Positions 62,252-64,000 of a stretch of 64,000 nt of DNA are shown here, piece by piece. Position numbers and translations under genes: made by a program. Position 1 is the first letter of the stretch, and every line of letters starts with the position of its first letter. The DNA comes from Callorhinchus milii. Its lineage: Eukaryota. The stretch is taken from assembly GCF_018977255.1 (NCBI RefSeq), contig NW_024704743.1, forward strand, positions 74,836,001-74,900,000, read 5' to 3'. A model generated the notes under the pieces. The model was given only the letters and a program-made list of their open reading frames with translations, searched no databases and had not been told where the DNA came from.

Positions 62252-62451
62252 CGATATAACTGTTACAAGCATCACTGGAGTGAAACCAGAAGTCTGTGGC
62301 CCTTGAAGTTACACCTGGAGGCATTGATCAAATTGATCCTTCAACTAATAAAATCCTCTGCTCCTATGACTACAAAAATATTGAAGGATTTGCAGAGGTT
62401 TCAGATTATCAGGGAGGGTTTTGTATAATTCATGGAGGATTTAGTCGACTG
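62252..62451 (+). CDS. DNAJC13: DNAJC13 coding exon 5 (200 nt; apparent 1-nt deletion near 62290)
   Basis: ttttag|[13 protein letters not shown], then the reading frame shifts to (K)[53 protein letters not shown]|gtaagt. Confidence 0.93.
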
Positions 62452-62578
62452 GTAAGTAACCTTTTTCACAATAGCTTTACTTTGTCTGCTAAAAGCCTAG
62501 TTTCAATATTTAATGTGTTAGACTAATTTGTAATGTCAAATTGTCTGTATTGCAAAATTGATGGTTACATTTGCAGCT

Positions 62579-62684
62579 AATAATAATAATAATAACAATC
62601 CTTGCATTTGATATACCGCTTTTCACATCGGGAGGACGTCCCAAAGCGCTTCACAGAACACACTGTAAAGTGAATTGACTGTAT
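62579..62684 (-). mobile_element. SINE 3' tail fragment in a short DNAJC13 intron
   Basis: (taa)n tccttgcatttgatataccgcttttcacatcgggaggacgtcccaaagcgc. Confidence 0.85.
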
Positions 62685-62741
62685 TTGTGTAATTTATTAT
62701 CAGTCTGTATGCTTACTGTAAACTGCCCCTCAAAATTTCAG

Positions 62742-62948
62742 CATCTTTTTGCATCTGAACAAAGGGACGAAATCATCAAAAGTGCAATAGACCATGCAGG
62801 CAACTTCATAGGTATCTCCCTGCGTATCAGGAAAGAGCCACTCGTGTTTGATTTGTATCAGAATTATCGTTTTGGAAAGTACAGCAATGATGAATCAATT
62901 ACATCACTAGCAGAATTCATTGTACAAAAAATTACACCTAGACATCTG
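62742..62948 (+). CDS. DNAJC13: DNAJC13 coding exon 6
   Basis: tttcag|[69 protein letters not shown]|gtaaga. Confidence 0.97.
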
Positions 62949-63175
62949 GTAAGAATTTATTTTTGGATTACTATATTTAAGATTTTTAAAAAAATGTAAT
63001 CTAGAGATATTAGATTTAGAAAGCAGTGCAATTATTTGACCAATAACTGCATTGATGTTTTTATAATTGTTTTGTATTGTGTGTAACAGCATAGAAGGTG
63101 GTTGTGTCTGTTATGAAGCATGCCCACAATTTCTAATTGAGCAGGTCACAATTTAATTATTTTTTTCCTTTTCAG

Positions 63176-63271
63176 GATCCAGTAAAGAGAGTATTAGCAC
63201 TTACAGAAACCTGTTTAGTGGAGAGAGATCCAGCCACTTACAATATTGTCACGCTTAAACCTTTGGGAGAG
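63176..63271 (+). CDS. DNAJC13: DNAJC13 coding exon 7
   Basis: tttcag|[32 protein letters not shown]|gtttgt. Confidence 0.95.
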
Positions 63272-64000
63272 GTTTGTATGATTTTTTTTTAAGAAGTTTA
63301 GCTTCTTAAGAGTTTGCTGTGTTTTCTTAATTTTAAGGTACAGGAATCGTGCTGTACACTTGGCAAAGAAGTGGGCAAATCCTTAATAGCTCACTTAGAT
63401 GTAGGGCCAGAAGGTTCAGAGTTTGATTCCAAATGTATTCCTTTGGACAAATTGATTTTATTAATGTGTTTGCATTTGCCATATTTCAAAAACAATATTG
63501 TTATGATTGTTTGAAGGATTAGCTAAAAAAAATGAAATAACTAATTGGGAACTACCATACATTTGAGAAGCACAGCATGAGGTGTACAAAAACTTCACAG
63601 GATATGTTGGGTGCTGTGTTAGTGGGTCTGTGTGACATCCTGAGGGAAGTAGGCCAGGATTGAATAGAAGTGGATTAATATTCAGAAATGTTTGTTTAAA
63701 AGTAGCATACGTGCAAAACGATTTCATACCCAAAAGGAGGTTTGGTGCGGATGAAGTATGTGTTAAGGTGTAGGATACATTGAATTAGTTGGCTCAAATA
63801 GCCTTTTCTTGTTTTATTTGCTTTCTGATCTTCTAAGTATTTTCTACACTTCTGCAAAATTGAGGAACAAGTGAAGGGTAATTGTTAAGTTTTCGGTACA
63901 GCTTGTATTTTGTTATTATGTCATTTTAAACATACTGAAATGAAACGTATTTCAAGCAGGAGTAGACTATCAGTTCATCTAACTTACTCATCTATTTTTG

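Larger units (their letters stand above)
54610..63271 (+). other. DNAJC13: DNAJC13 (RME-8) gene model, 5' part; continues beyond the window
   Basis: Seven GT-AG coding exons translate to [33 protein letters not shown]...[17 protein letters not shown], the RME-8/DNAJC13 N-terminus. Confidence 0.97.

Overview
Eukaryotic vertebrate genomic DNA. The repeat families (SacSINE1/Deu-type SINEs, CR1, L2, Neptune-type Penelope) suggest a cartilaginous fish, possibly a chimaera; this is inference. Two divergently transcribed genes are present, each with its own CpG-rich promoter about 7.7 kb apart. LZTFL1/BBS17 is complete on the minus strand: 10 coding exons, ATG at 38604, stop at 14516, 897 nt, 298 aa. 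DNAJC13/RME-8 is on the plus strand and only its 5' part is in the window: a non-coding exon 1 near 46.4-46.5 kb and coding exons at 54610-63271. One DNAJC13 exon has a 1-nt frameshift that is probably an assembly indel. Nearly all other ORFs in the track come from CR1/L2 LINEs, SINEs or low-complexity DNA. Most notable observations: a Penelope-like remnant carrying an intact-looking minimal hammerhead ribozyme, a U2 snRNA 5' fragment fused to an unexplained ~100-nt segment, three locally templated duplications at LINE junctions (including a copy of part of LZTFL1 exon 8), a candidate poison exon in LZTFL1, two pre-miRNA-sized hairpins, and an RFX X-box in the LZTFL1 promoter. No wholly new gene system is demonstrable from sequence alone.
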